A stretch of DNA of 59,720 nucleotides, filler included, from Porpidia crustulata (Eukaryota): NCBI GenBank assembly GCA_964255105.1. It is 8 parts of 8 records of this genome, joined end to end, with 100 filler letters (N's around TTAATTAATTAA, not from the genome) between each part and the next. Parts side by side here need not be neighbours in the genome. Positions count along the whole stretch, not along the records: positions 7,489 to 14,874 come from CAXUWE010001337.1; positions 14,975 to 22,358 come from CAXUWE010001338.1; positions 22,459 to 29,836 come from CAXUWE010001339.1; 5 more parts are not named here. One strand, written 5' to 3'. A program made the position numbers and the translations under genes. This document shows positions 12,885 through 25,248 of the stretch, piece by piece (position 1 is the stretch's first letter; each line of letters starts with the position of its first letter). Below the pieces are notes generated by a model, which saw nothing but the letters and a program-made list of their open reading frames with translations, ran no database searches and was not told the origin of the DNA.

Positions 12885-13211
12885 CAGCGGGTGACAAAAG
12901 TCAGTGGAGTCAGCCCTACCGAGGCATCTCCAGCCCAACCAAAACACCGAATAGCCATTACATGAAGCCATCATCATAAATCTGATTTCATGGGCTTACT
13001 ATAAAATTTTATTAGACGAACGCAACGCCAGAGCATTCTTGAATGCGTCCCCGTATGTCCTTCATGTTAAGATTGGTCTCATTCGAATTCGATGTTTTAG
13101 TGGGGCTGGAGATGCCTCGGTAGGGCTGACTCCACTGACTTTTNNNNNNNNNNCTGCGAGCCCCGCCGCGCGCTCCGGCCCCCGACCTCCACTGACTTTT
13201 ATCACCCCCTG
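12885..13211. mobile_element. MITE-like non-autonomous DNA transposon with Tc1/mariner-like termini, interrupted by a 10-N gap
   Basis: 57-bp inverted repeat 12896-12952 / 13087-13143 (3 mismatches); a further terminal copy at 13187-13211 matches 12885-12909 (CAGSGGGTGAYAAAAGTCAGTGGAG); no ORF inside. Confidence 0.75.
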
Positions 13212-13397
13212 GTGAGAAAAGACATTACTTAGCTAACCGGCGTTCAATAATCTTTTCCTCATAATGAGGTAGAGATGCGCCCGTAATCGCCCGGGCTTCT
13301 CATCAGCGGTACCCGTCCCTTTCGAATCGGGGCGAGAGTTTCCTATTCTGATACCTTCCTAACTCCCACCCTCACCTTTCTTTCCCTCTCGCCACCC

Positions 13398-14145
13398 TCA
13401 AGTCGTAACATCAAACGTGCCCTGAACACAAAAAATCCTCTGTCCCTCCTGCGTCATCGCTTCTGCGCGCAAATCATACTTCCCCTCCGGTACTGTCTGC
13501 GGCGTCAGTGGCATCGGCGGACTACTCATCACGGCGTACCCAACCCCGATTTCAGGAGGCCAGGCGCGGTGTAAACGGGGCTCTCTTTCGCTCCAGTGTG
13601 AAGGGTCCACGCCTACAGTGGGCGTGGGCATGGAGAGTTGCTGCAAGACGTCGATGTCGCACAGCGGGGCGCTGTAGAGCGGGGAGAGTTCCTGGCGGCC
13701 GTTTACGCTGCCGGTTATGTTGAGCCATGGGTTCGCTCCGGTGATGGAGGTGAAATTGCCGATGAAGCGAGTTGTTTGGTAGAAGCCACTATGTGGGGGA
13801 TGGTGTCCTCTATATCATGGGGTTGTTCAATTTGGATGAAATTTTGGTTCCTATATTTTTGGGATTTTTTTGAGAACGGAAGTTGGGAAACGCGGTCTCA
13901 CGCGACATTACTCAGATCCGTACATTCGTAGGTATAAAGTCGAACCGGCGGATTTGAAAGATGTCATTGCTAGGGTCAGAGCAGTAATATGCTGGTGACT
14001 CGCCGGGGACTTTGATGGCGTTTAAGGTCGATGTGGCTATTGTCGGGGTTTGCTGGCTAAGGGGTGCCCCTGGTACTGGTCCAAGTGAAATCACTTGGCG
14101 AAGGAGGAACAAGGTGCCGAAGAGAATATTGACGATGGGAGTCAT
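13398..14145 (-). CDS. Secreted ML-domain (NPC2 / PG-PI transfer protein-like) lipid-binding protein, possibly disabled at its splice donor
   Basis: Signal peptide MTPIVNILFGTLFLL; KVPGESPAYYCSDPSNDIFQIRRFDFIP; C-terminal VPEGKYDLRAEAMTQEGQRIFCVQG; the inferred intron 13789-13915 starts CTGAGT rather than GTGAGT. Confidence 0.72.
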
Positions 14146-14874
14146 TGCATAAGATTTTTGTATTTGGTGAAGAGGAACTGATCTAGAGATGGGTAAATGT
14201 CTAGCAATTGCCGTCCATCTCCAGCGATCCAGCAAGCTGGGCTTCAATATTGTCCCATTAATCGTATTCCCTAGACTGGCATGTGAGAGACCAGGAGAGT
14301 GGAAGGATATAGGAGGTACTGATGTCACAGCGTTCTTATCCCACTGGATCTGAATAGGTAGGAATCTGAGGTAGTGGGAGATGCGCGCAACCTCCCGCCG
14401 CTGAAACGAAATCGCGAATCAGATGCAATCTCCGCTTCGCAGCCCTCGACAGCCCCCGCCAGACTTCCACAGCCTTCCTCGCCGGCCGACGAAGGTCACA
14501 ACCGACATCAGCCAACGACTCTTTGTCATCCGCATCAGCCAACTCTCGCCGGAAGCGCAAGGAAATTACTCTATTAGCCGCCAGGATGGATCGAAGGGAA
14601 AACCCAGCCGCGGAGAAATTAGTGGGAGGCAGCCGCAGGGCACCCGCTTGACTAATGTGGGACGCGTGGCTGTCTAGACTGACAGCTAGGTATCTAGGTA
14701 TCATGTAGGTATCTAGAGGATTTCGGGGGCGGGTGGTCGGGCTTGGTCCCTGAGCCCCTCGTTGAAGTACATCGATTGTTTCAATTCTCGAGGTTTTTCG
14801 CATAGGGAGGGGTTTAGCGAGATATCGCTGTGTGCAAATTGGTATGGCCGATTTTTGAATTTAGCGAAAACGAA

Positions 14875-14974
14875 NNNNNNNNNNNNNNNNNNNNNNNNNN
14901 NNNNNNNNNNNNNNNNNNTTAATTAATTAANNNNNNNNNNNNNNNNNNNNNNNNNNNNNNNNNNNNNNNNNNNN
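14875..14974. other. Artificial contig linker
   Basis: 44N-TTAATTAATTAA-44N. Confidence 0.99.
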
Positions 14975-15317
14975 GTTAAGATGTGATTTGAGGGGGGATT
15001 CGATCGGAGGCAAGGGTCTTACGGGATTCGGAGGCGAGTTCTGATTCGCGAAAACGGCCTGAGTAGGGGGGTTAATCATGTTTCGATAGTGGAGGATAGA
15101 AGGGACAGTAGGGTACTTGGATAGGGGGCTTACCGGGTATTATGTAGGTCAAAGAGCGCAGAGCAGACTCAATCTGTGAGACCTGGCTCGCGTTCTTGGT
15201 GACAAAGTCTTCGTAGGATCGCAGCCATGTCGGAGGTATAGAAATGACGGCGGGGATCTGCAGTTGAGCTTGCTTGTAAAGGTCCTTCATTGCGCTCGTT
15301 GAGCGCCCGATGGCCAT
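14975..15317 (-). CDS. PEX16: Peroxisomal biogenesis factor Pex16, 5' part (truncated by contig end)
   Basis: PPTWLRSYEDFVTKNASQVSQIESALRSLTYIIPG, intron, RFRESELASES, then a GTAAGA donor running into the gap. Confidence 0.88.
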
Positions 15318-16203
15318 GGTTTTTTCCTCGACGCTGTGTCGAGGCTGAGCTGGGTTCAATGGAGAAATTCGGAGTCGCACCGCATTTGGTCCTTGATGGA
15401 GGTTGTCGCGAACGCGATACCGAGGCCCGATTTAGTTCAACAGGGCTTGCAGGGATAACGGCCTAAAGTATAGCCGCCTCCAAGCGTTTTAATGGTCTTT
15501 CAATCCATCGTCCAGCTCCATATACTCTATCACTTATTTTCATCTACTCTAGAAGTATATAGATCGTCATGTACGACCAGTTTTCTCGGCCAACATCCAA
15601 CATCTTGAAGGACAACACCCTGTATAAGAGCAAGCGTGTACTCCAACGCCCAACTCATATTGTGTGCCATATGGACCGGCATCCAATTGAAAATGTTGCT
15701 TTCTCCGAGAATCGCGGATAGTGACACGCATTTCTACCTATCAGCTAGCGAGCCTAAATTTATGCCCCAAGAAGCCGAAGCCTATCCTCGGATCGTTTGC
15801 CTTACGAATTCTCTTCGTCCACTCGGACTCGGACATCACGAAAGCGTCCAAGAATGCAGATGCCCCTTTGGATTTGAGTCTTCGGTGTCACTGCACGATT
15901 GATTCTTCGTGGACTCTGACGATTCCCTTGACGACACGTTTCCGGATGCTCGTCCAGCCTGCTTCTAGCTACATCGCGTTGACCAGTAACTTCTCAGGAA
16001 CCATGGACAGCTGCAGTGCAGCTAACCCCGATTATGGCAAAATACTCGTGATAGCCAAAGAGTACTGGTTGACTTTCTACTCAGCCTCCCATTTTCCATC
16101 TCTTTCCATCTTCAGCCTTGCCCGTAACTACTACCTCTGGCACATACACTCCGCTTCGATTCTCTACGTTTGTAGAAGCTTTTGCGATTAAAGGACTTTT
16201 GAA

Positions 16204-18937
16204 ATGGCCGAAATCATTGGCATCATCGCTAGCATCTCTTCTCTCATCTCTTTTGCATCCGTCACGTCAAAAGCTTGCGATCAGATTGTCAAAGAAATAA
16301 AATGCTTCAAGAATGCTCCCACCAGTATCCAGATCATGGGTGCAGAATTATTGGACCTGGCACAGACTTTTGATCTTGTCCACTCCGTCCTTCACCAAGT
16401 GCAGCGCCACCAGGCTATCAAATATGAGCACGTCGTCTTTGTCGAGAGGGCTATAAGTGGACTTAGGGTAGAAGTTTAGAAGATTGCCAAATTGCTTCTA
16501 TCGGTGCAGCCCAAGTCGAAAGGAGATAGTAATTCTAGAGGCCGTGCTAAGTGGGTACATAAAAAAATGGAGGTCGCCTCGATAACGGCTGCTATCGCCA
16601 GGCAGAAGCAAACTCTTCAGATGCAATTAAGTCTCCTTACTCTGTATGATGATCGGGAACTCAAGCAATACCCTAAACACCGACTCAATGAAATCAACTA
16701 ATACAGTGCCCTTAGGAAGGTGGCAGAGATGGGAGTCGCTGGATTCGAGACATCTCGCAAAGATTTAGCTCAGATGGGATTAAGAGTGGAGAGTTTGACA
16801 GGAATACTCAGAAAGTTGTCTTCCGAGACGACTATGCGTATTCAAAACCACATCGACGCCTCATTTACCTTTTTACGGAAATCCCTTGAGGAAGAATTCT
16901 ACCAAGTTACAGCTTCCACCCCGACAGAACGAAGATCACCACGAGCGTCCACGAAAACACTCTGTTCTTCGATATCAGACACTGCAATCCCCCGCGTGGA
17001 GTCTCTCGAATTTTACGATTTAAAGTGTGAATCAGCACTTGGGCCTAATCCGCAAGCGTCACGAATAAGCTCCCCTTCAATTGTACAAGCACATCCTTCC
17101 GCCGCCCTCGATTCCAACAGCGCATATTCTGAGATGAAACTTTGCACGGAGGGGCCTATTGACACACCTAACGAAGGGCCAACCTCGATGACCGTGACTC
17201 AGTCCATCGTCCACGAGATAACCACTATTTTTGGAATAGTTTATGTTCGTCGCATTGTTACAAAGATCGCTTCCTTAGATTGCAATCCGTCATCGTGCAT
17301 AGAAACGGTCAAGACTAAGTTTGAGTTCGTCCCTGTAAAATGGCTGCTTTCGTGGACAGGATGTAGAACCTTCCTCGCTCGTATAGGCTTCGGCCAACCA
17401 AGCATTGACCTGGGGCTTTCAATGGCACGCGTCGTTGATGTGGGTTCTGTCGACCATTTCCAGACATGGAGGGCCGTCGAGTTCGGTGATGTTGATAGGT
17501 TGAGAGAGCTACTACGGCGTAGGATTGCTTATCCGACGGATCGAAATACTTCCGGAGTCAGTCTTCTGAAAGTGAGTCTACCAGCGTACTTCGGCATAAT
17601 GGTAGAATCTGTGAAACGCACAGGGTCGCAATCGCGACAAATACTGAAGATTTATAATTTGGAATTAGTTCGCATTTTCTTGGCACCAGTTTGAGGTCTG
17701 TAAGCTGCTCTTGAAGCTAGGGGGCGGTGACTATGAAGGTACACCGACCTTTCAACCGAAAACGTTCGTATGATTCCAGGAATCTATGGACGACGTATCT
17801 CTAAACATCATCATAGACACGCCGAATGGCATGAGAGATCGCCTGCTACGCTTAGTTCTCATGTTCGAGTATTTTCAATAACAAACGAACGCTCCGCAGT
17901 TGATATTTATGACGCAAACTTCATGCTCTTCTATGTTGCCTACATTGAAGCTTCGAAAGTGAATGTATACGCAAATTACAAGTGCGAGGCTAACGGTAAA
18001 CATCGGGATCGGAAGCCTTCAGGGGTTTGTTAAGCTGATTAGTGGAGTCATAGAATCTCTCCTCGATTTTCTCACGGGCGGCGGCTTTGACTACGATATA
18101 CACGAGCGCGATGAGGCTGGGAGGACACTGCTGATGTGGCTTGAAAACCAGACGTACGAGTCGTATTGTCTCATATTGAGTCACGGCGCAGAGGCAGACG
18201 CTCGGAGTTATGATGGCTCCACTGTCTTGCACCACTTTTTCTACAATTCAAATGCTCGTCAACAAGAAGCCGAGCCGTTGCAGAGTCCCAAAAATTTTCC
18301 TTTGGGCGCCGGAATACTAGCGCTGTTGATTCGAGCAGGTGCTGATCCCCAGGGTGTTGATAAGTACGGTCGTTCTCCTTCTGATATTGCAGGTTCTCAG
18401 GCATCAGGTCCCTTGGAAAGTGTAATACCTGGGCTGAATCTAGCCATTTGGCATCAAGCTCTTCGGATGCGTAAATTAGACGCTACGCAGTACTGTACTT
18501 GCGCTCTGCATCGCCTGAGGGAAGCTGTAGAAGAGCCTTCATACAGCGGGATCTTCGAATGCCCAGGAAATTGTCGAACATGGATATGTCCGAAACATTG
18601 GGGTACATGGAATGCAAAGCGACAACGTGGGAGGACTGACCCATTTCTGGAAGAGATAATAGCTGCGCTTCACAAATGGGATGTAAAAAGTGCCAGAGAA
18701 GGTTTCTATTCGCAACGCGCTGTGAACGTCGTGATCGATTGGGACATATACGATTATTGGGTTGGTGTTCTGGCCTATGGTATCGACGCACGGCTGGAAG
18801 AGCACAAGATTCTCCTGGCACTTCGTGTAATAGATAAGATAGTAACCCAACAGGAGCAACAGCTCAGATTACCCAAGCTTCATTACATTGTCGAGCAAAA
18901 GGACGCCAAAATTGAAGAAACGGAGAGCCGTTTATAG
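16204..18937 (+). pseudogene. HeLo-like (fungal STAND N-terminal) domain plus ankyrin-repeat protein with an in-frame TAG
   Basis: MAEIIGIIASISSLISFAS...FKNAPTSIQIMGAELLDL...RAKWVHKKMEVASITAAIARQKQTLQMQLSLL; TAG at 16477-16479 with the frame continuing; introns 16644-16706 and 17572-17668; ankyrin motifs HERDEAGRTLL, GAEADARSYDGSTVLH, GADPQGVDKYGRSP; exon structure 17740-18030 unresolved. Confidence 0.7.
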
Positions 18938-20636
18938 CCAAATCGACGTTGCTATTACGATAATGGCTTGGCCGAATACGACACCATCTGATCCAAAAGG
19001 CAGCGGGCAAAATCGTGACAGCGGATGCAATTCTTTGGCTTCAACAAATAGGATTCGACAATTCTGACAGCAATATTTCTCGAATGATTACGCACTGCGT
19101 TCTTGTCAGATTCCTGCGGTTGTGCTTGCGAATATTCAGGGGCACGCGCATAGTGGGCTTTGAATCATCCAACCATGACTCTGTGTATTTCTACCTAGCG
19201 ATGTGGATGATGCGCAGGTGTTTTGCATGAACGAAGGATAGGCTTCACAACGACTGGCAAGCCGGACCTTGGCTTGCTGGGAAACATTCATCGGTCACCA
19301 CATCGTCGACGTGGACCCAATTCATGAAACAAATCAAGTCCTTTTTAAAGAGCGTTGACAAGAATTCGGTCTTTACGAAAGCTAGCAGTGATTTTGTAGT
19401 AGTGAGTGTTGCCACACGGTCACTCTTCTCCATTTTCATAGACAAAGCGTTTATATGTGACAGTTCAAAAGGGGGCGAACATTGCATCTCACTCGTATGA
19501 AAGTGCCTTTACATCACTGCTATATTCCACAGGCAGATGAGCCCATTAGATGCTGAATTTGCAACCCGTTGGACACGCACTCTCATTCCTCAGCATCGCA
19601 ATCGAAGGATTGATTTAAGCAATATCTCCCAGTGGTTCACGGAGTGCGGTACCATGGATGCACGATATCGGCTAAGATGAACCTCTATTAAGTTGATAGA
19701 GGAGCTGGTAAGTTCACAAGCGAGGCGACTAAGGATATGCAGGGAAATTCTAGAATATTGATACTGTTAGCCCCAATAGGAAGCCATGGATTTCTCGTCG
19801 GTCAGCGAGACTTTTAATAGGTGTGGGCGCGATGGAAAATCAGCGCAGGAAATGCAATGGCGCGACGAGTCGAACTTGATACATTACTCAGCTCAGCACA
19901 ATACGAATCTTACTTGAGACAGCCTGTTGACGATTTGACGATTTGGCATGGTGATTGCACCACGCTTTGATAACGTGCCAAGGCGCTCCCAGGCTTGTGG
20001 CTGGCTGGACTTTTCCAAATCAAGCGCATTCCTTTCTTTTGTGCCGATAAATAAGTAAGGAAGGTGGGAAGGTAGAGAAGGGGGTGGAAGCAGTCAACGC
20101 CTTGCATAGCACCAGGAAATCTTTCAGCTGATATGGATTATTTACTGCAATCTGGTCTCTGGAGTAATTGAGAGATAGCCAATCAAGATGAAATGGACAA
20201 GAGGCTGAAGATTGATTACCGAGTACGGAATACGGCGAACGAGAAGCCGTATTATTGACGTGATACGAGGGTCGCCTCGGCAGCTAGTACCCGCTAGTGT
20301 AACCTAGTCCTGTTGGGAGCAATATATCTTACTAGGGCCGTAAAATAATCACATTCTTCGTGTTACCGTCGAGTTTGATCGACATTATGCCTCTTAGCCA
20401 ATACGCCGCCCACCAGTAATAATACTGTCTTACTGCGTTCATGTTCGACAATCATCTCACTGTCTGCTCTATTTTCCTTAAACCGCCCTGAATCATCCTT
20501 GATGGATGAAGTTCTGGCGTAGTCAGGCATATTGCCGATCGCTGGTATTGTCCTCCGCGTGTTATTCTTCCGCATCGCCTGGCAAATTCGAAATCCGGAC
20601 CTACGGTTGGGGTCAACGTCGTGCAATCAAGTCGCC

Positions 20637-22045
20637 ATGAAGTCGACTGGGCCTCGAGATATCAGATGGGTTGAGGTAGACTCTCACCGGTGCATCAGAT
20701 ATTCCCACAAGACTGATTTCGAGTAGGGGCTCAGGGGCATCAGCGCGGCGACCATTGTCACAAGCCATCTCTTCCCCTCCTTTAACCCCATGCTCCGTGC
20801 AGCTTCCATGACCGACGATACAGCTCCCACATTCCTTCAAATGCCCATCATCCGACTCATCTTCTCCGGTCGCGCCAGTCTATCCTTTTTCTTCCTTTTG
20901 ACCGGCTTCGTGAATTCCCTAGGTTTTCTCCGCCAAGTCCGGTCTGGAAATCAAAATACTGCTTTACAACGTCTGGCAAAGAGTGCGTATCGCCGAATAG
21001 GAAGGCTGATTCTACCGGCGACGGTAGCTACCACAATCAGCTGGGCTATCTGCCAAATGGGAGCTTACCGACTGGCAAGAGATGGAGACGTCAATTGGTT
21101 TAGGGACATTAGTCCGAGGCAAAGTCCGAATTTCACGACTGCCGTATGGGATTTATCGCAGGCACTCTTCAAAACTTGGAGCGAAGCAAGTAATGATTAC
21201 GACAAGGTGCAATGGAATTTGTTCTTTCTACTTAAAGCATCCATGGTGGTATACATTATTCTCCTCATGACCACATATCTTACACCCCGATCGCGGAAAA
21301 TATGCATTTTAATATACTACATGTATGGCTGGACCAGTGGTGACTGTAAGTCTAATTGGAAGGTTTACAGAATCGACGATGCTAATACTTACAAGCTTTA
21401 ATTACAATGAATGTCAGTGCAGGAATGTTTCTGGCAGAAATATACTTTGATCAAGCAGATGCTGAAGAGCAAGCTTCCGAAGATCCAAAGCCATGGACGG
21501 TGTTGCCAAGTATGCTGCTTGCTGCCGGCCTCATAATAGCCGGTTACCCAGAGGACCACACAGACTGGACGGCGTGGTCGCTGTTTCTTCAAAACCTCGG
21601 ACAGACGTTGTTTCGAGATGTTCCGGAATTGTCGAGGAAATGGGGCTCCGTTGGCGGAACATTCATTATTCTCGGCGTCATGTATCTCCCCGTCGTCCAG
21701 CGCGCCCTATCGAACCGCTACCTGGTCTGGATGGGCAAGGTCAGCTTCTCCGTTTTCCTGATCCACTCCATGTTGATCCGGAGCGTTCTATGCTGGATGC
21801 TGTTCTGGAATTCGGAGGCCCCCGAGTGGGAGGAGGAAGACGGAACCATCATGGTCGGCCGGCTCCCCCATGTCCGCGGCTTCGGCTGCGCCTTGATCAT
21901 CACCATCTTCTTCGCCATCGTTTACTATCTCGCGCATCTCTGGACGCTCTATGTCGAGACGCGCTGCGCCCAGGTCGTGCAGTGGATCGAGGATCGCATG
22001 TCCAGCGAGGAGCCTTCGTTGGTGAGGGCCGTCAATCCGGTTTGA
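20637..22045 (+). CDS. Acyltransferase family 3 (AT3/OafA-like) membrane protein
   Basis: MKSTGPRDIRWVE|GLRGISAATIVTSH, FLQMPIIRLIFSGR, FFLLTGFVNS, RRIGRLILP, LVWMGKVSFSVFLIH; introns about 20676-20726 and 21346-21395. Confidence 0.88.
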
Positions 22046-22358
22046 CAGTATATACATTGGGTCCGGCGTTGTTGGGTTTCTGTGGACTAAAATATTCTCT
22101 GGGGGAGGGTAGGATTTTCCTCAAACGATCGATGGGTAGATCGGTTTTCGGAGTTGTCATGTACCAACAGTACAATTTCGGGACACTTTCTGTCCTACTT
22201 TCGTCGTCACCATGTGGTTTCCAAATCCCATTCGCATACCAACTGCCCGAAATCAAGCACAACAAAGAGACGTCTCCAACGCACATCCAAAACTCATTCG
22301 AATCAGCAGACAATCTAAGTGCAGGCTCAACTTCCCCATGCGCCCCTCTCGTCCCCCC

Positions 22359-22458
22359 NNNNNNNNNNNNNNNNNNNNNNNNNNNNNNNNNNNNNNNNNN
22401 NNTTAATTAATTAANNNNNNNNNNNNNNNNNNNNNNNNNNNNNNNNNNNNNNNNNNNN
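22359..22458. other. Artificial contig linker
   Basis: 44N-TTAATTAATTAA-44N. Confidence 0.99.
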
Positions 22459-23049
22459 TTCTGTACGTAATTCAGTAGCAATACTACGACAGTCACCCTG
22501 CCTGTTCAACATAAATGACGATTAATTGATCGAAAATATTATTAATTCTTCTGTAAAAGCGATAATATATTTTCACAGTTCTAATTCTAGAGCTTAACGC
22601 GATCATTATAAAAATGTGATTATTTAAGGGATAAGTACGAGTAGTGTACTTTAAAGTGTTTAGCAAGCAGAATCAACTTGACTTCATGACCTTGCTACAG
22701 TTTCACTATCATTCGTATCATCGCAATGTCAGCAAGCGACCATCTTTAGATATCAGATATAATGATGTGACTCTGAGATCAAATAGCCGGAAACTAGGTG
22801 GAGGGTGTTAAGGTACCCGGTTGCCTTGATTTCCCCGGTGCCAAGCCCAGCTCCATATCAGCTTTGTGTCAGGCTTAGCGCTCCCGTTCTCACATATCAT
22901 CCCGCCTTTGGTCCTCATCGCCGCGTACCTATCCCTCTCCCTAGATTCAATATTCTAGTTGTACCTTTGAAATAAAAGAGTGATCCGAAGTCGAGACTCA
23001 ACAGATGTCGTGGTCCCTGATAGCTAAGATTAAATAAGAAAAGAAACTC

Positions 23050-24650
23050 TCCAAACCTTGTTCCATCCTAGCAAACCTCGATCGCCTTCATTTCTGAAGC
23101 ACTCCGAGTGGCCTGACGCAGGTATCTTCGCGCCTGTGGACAGCTCCTCGCTCGCTACTTCGTGATATCCATCGATACCGTCTGGTGCTCACCTGCTGAG
23201 GCCTTCAATCGTGTCGACTCTGCTGCATTTACCGCTTTCCTAAGCCGCCCCGCTGTGTTCCTTACCATGGTGCGTGAACTTATTCAATTTCAGTCTACTT
23301 GGGTTATGGACATTGATCAAGAGGGGCTGCCGGCGATATAGTGTGAGCCATTTCCCTTCTAGTGTTTCGAAGATGAGAGTCCTTCCTCCGTCGGCTTAGG
23401 CGCGGATATCACTGTCAGGTTTCCCAAACTCAAATTTTCGTCATATGTTTGCCGACACAGTCAGGACCTTTCTTCTCGTGGTGAGAATGGACAACTCCCA
23501 TAACTTGCAGGCTAAGGTCTAGCCGCCAATTCTATCCGATGATACTTGGACCGATTATAGAACATCCTCACGCTTAGAAGCTACCGAGTTCTGCTGGACT
23601 AGCTTACAGATACCGTATCCAAGTATCCAGCTGAATGCGTAGTGTGTTTACGTCTCTCGATTGACTTCTTCGAGGTCCTGGCACTGTCGACTGAGTAATA
23701 GCACCAGCTGCTTCCTTCTCATTGGGACAACCACTAGCCCGGCAATCTGACCCTGTCCCTTCTACCCAATGAAAAACTTAAAGATCGGTAAGTCTCACCA
23801 CCACAGAATCGCAAGTAATCGTGCTAACCTGTGACAGTATCCCTCAACCAGAATTGTACGAGTCTGAGCTACATTCGTCACAAACACAGGCGTTGGTGTA
23901 CAGCAAGCGAGTCAACCATCTCAGAATCATACTCGCAATGGCGTAATTGCCCTACTTCATTAGGCCGAGACCTGGCAAACGTAGGAGCCCAGTAGCGAAG
24001 CATCCAGCTCCGATGATCATATATCGCTCGACTAATCCCGCACATTGCTAAGGGAAGGGTCGACCGCGACTACGTTGTATCCCACGTCGCAGATACTGAT
24101 AGCGGTAGTTCTATTATAATCGCTTTAGACGATGATAACGACGAGCTAGCGAAGGCAGCACGAGCACAACGTCATAAGCGAAAGCCAAGGCCACAGCAGC
24201 CAGTCGAAAGACTCGCGGACATGGATTAGCACCAAGCCGTGCGCCTCAAACGAACCCCGAAGAACGTATCATGCTCCACCAGGCAATGTGCATATTAGAG
24301 GAAGGGGATAAGCTCCCCGATCGATCTGTCAGACCAGCCCTTGAATACCTTCTTTTGGCGCCCATTTGAATAGAGCGTCGTGAGCTGCTTCCTCGGCGAC
24401 TATTGCAGGACTGGCAGAATGCATGAAACGACTGCTAGTCGTGGGGGAATGTAAAGCACACTAGAGAAGATATGCTGGGATCTTGGACTGGAACTTGTCA
24501 TCACCTTGACCTCATACCGCTACCCTAGCGGCTATGGATTTTACACTACGCTCCTGACTCGTTTGAATTGAACATGGTTTGTCGTGGTACCATAAGGGGA
24601 GAAGACAGGGTGCTACCACCGCCCTCATGATTATTCGCCGTGATTGATAG
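23050..24650 (+). pseudogene. Probable degenerate gene relic of unknown family
   Basis: No ORF of 60 aa or more over about 2.2 kb, but coding-like composition and a textbook 50-nt intron at 23788-23837 (GTAAGT...GCTAAC...CAG). Confidence 0.35.
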
Positions 24651-25248
24651 TAGTGGCATCACACAACCAAAAGAAGGACTCAGAAAGCCACTTCACATAG
24701 TGGTGGTAAGGAAACAATGAAGACCGAGGCGAATGTCAGGAATGTACGGAACGGCACGACTGGTGGCTGTTGAAAGAAGCCCGCTAATGCGAAATAAACG
24801 GAGATTCTCGCAGTTTTCTAAGAGATATCGATCGCATCGGCCAGTATCGTTGGATGAGGGTACATGAACACTTTTCGGAGCGGACTCGGCTAGAAATTTG
24901 AGTGAGATGCTATGACTTGGAGCCAACGATAGTTACTGACAGTATTGACACCAGTTACTCTTTCCAGATTGCAGGTATCCTCTTGATATCTCAACCAACC
25001 TGAGCTTTATCACTCTGATCTACAAACATGTAGCCAATTCCGTCGCCTTAACGATTCAGCCTTTCATGTCCTACGCCTCGTGTCCGTGGGGTCAGTAGGC
25101 TACTCTGTAATGCGGTCTCGCGGTGTTGTAGTAAGCCAGGAGTAATGTTGAACGCTAAAGAAAATATACATTCTACGTTGATTACATACACAAACACAGA
25201 ACTATCACAGCTCATAATCCATCCTTATATCCATCTATAAACGTTACC

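Noticed and set aside
13260..13345. tRNA-like sequence (TTCGAATC)
   Set aside because: No acceptor stem, D-arm or anticodon arm could be folded.
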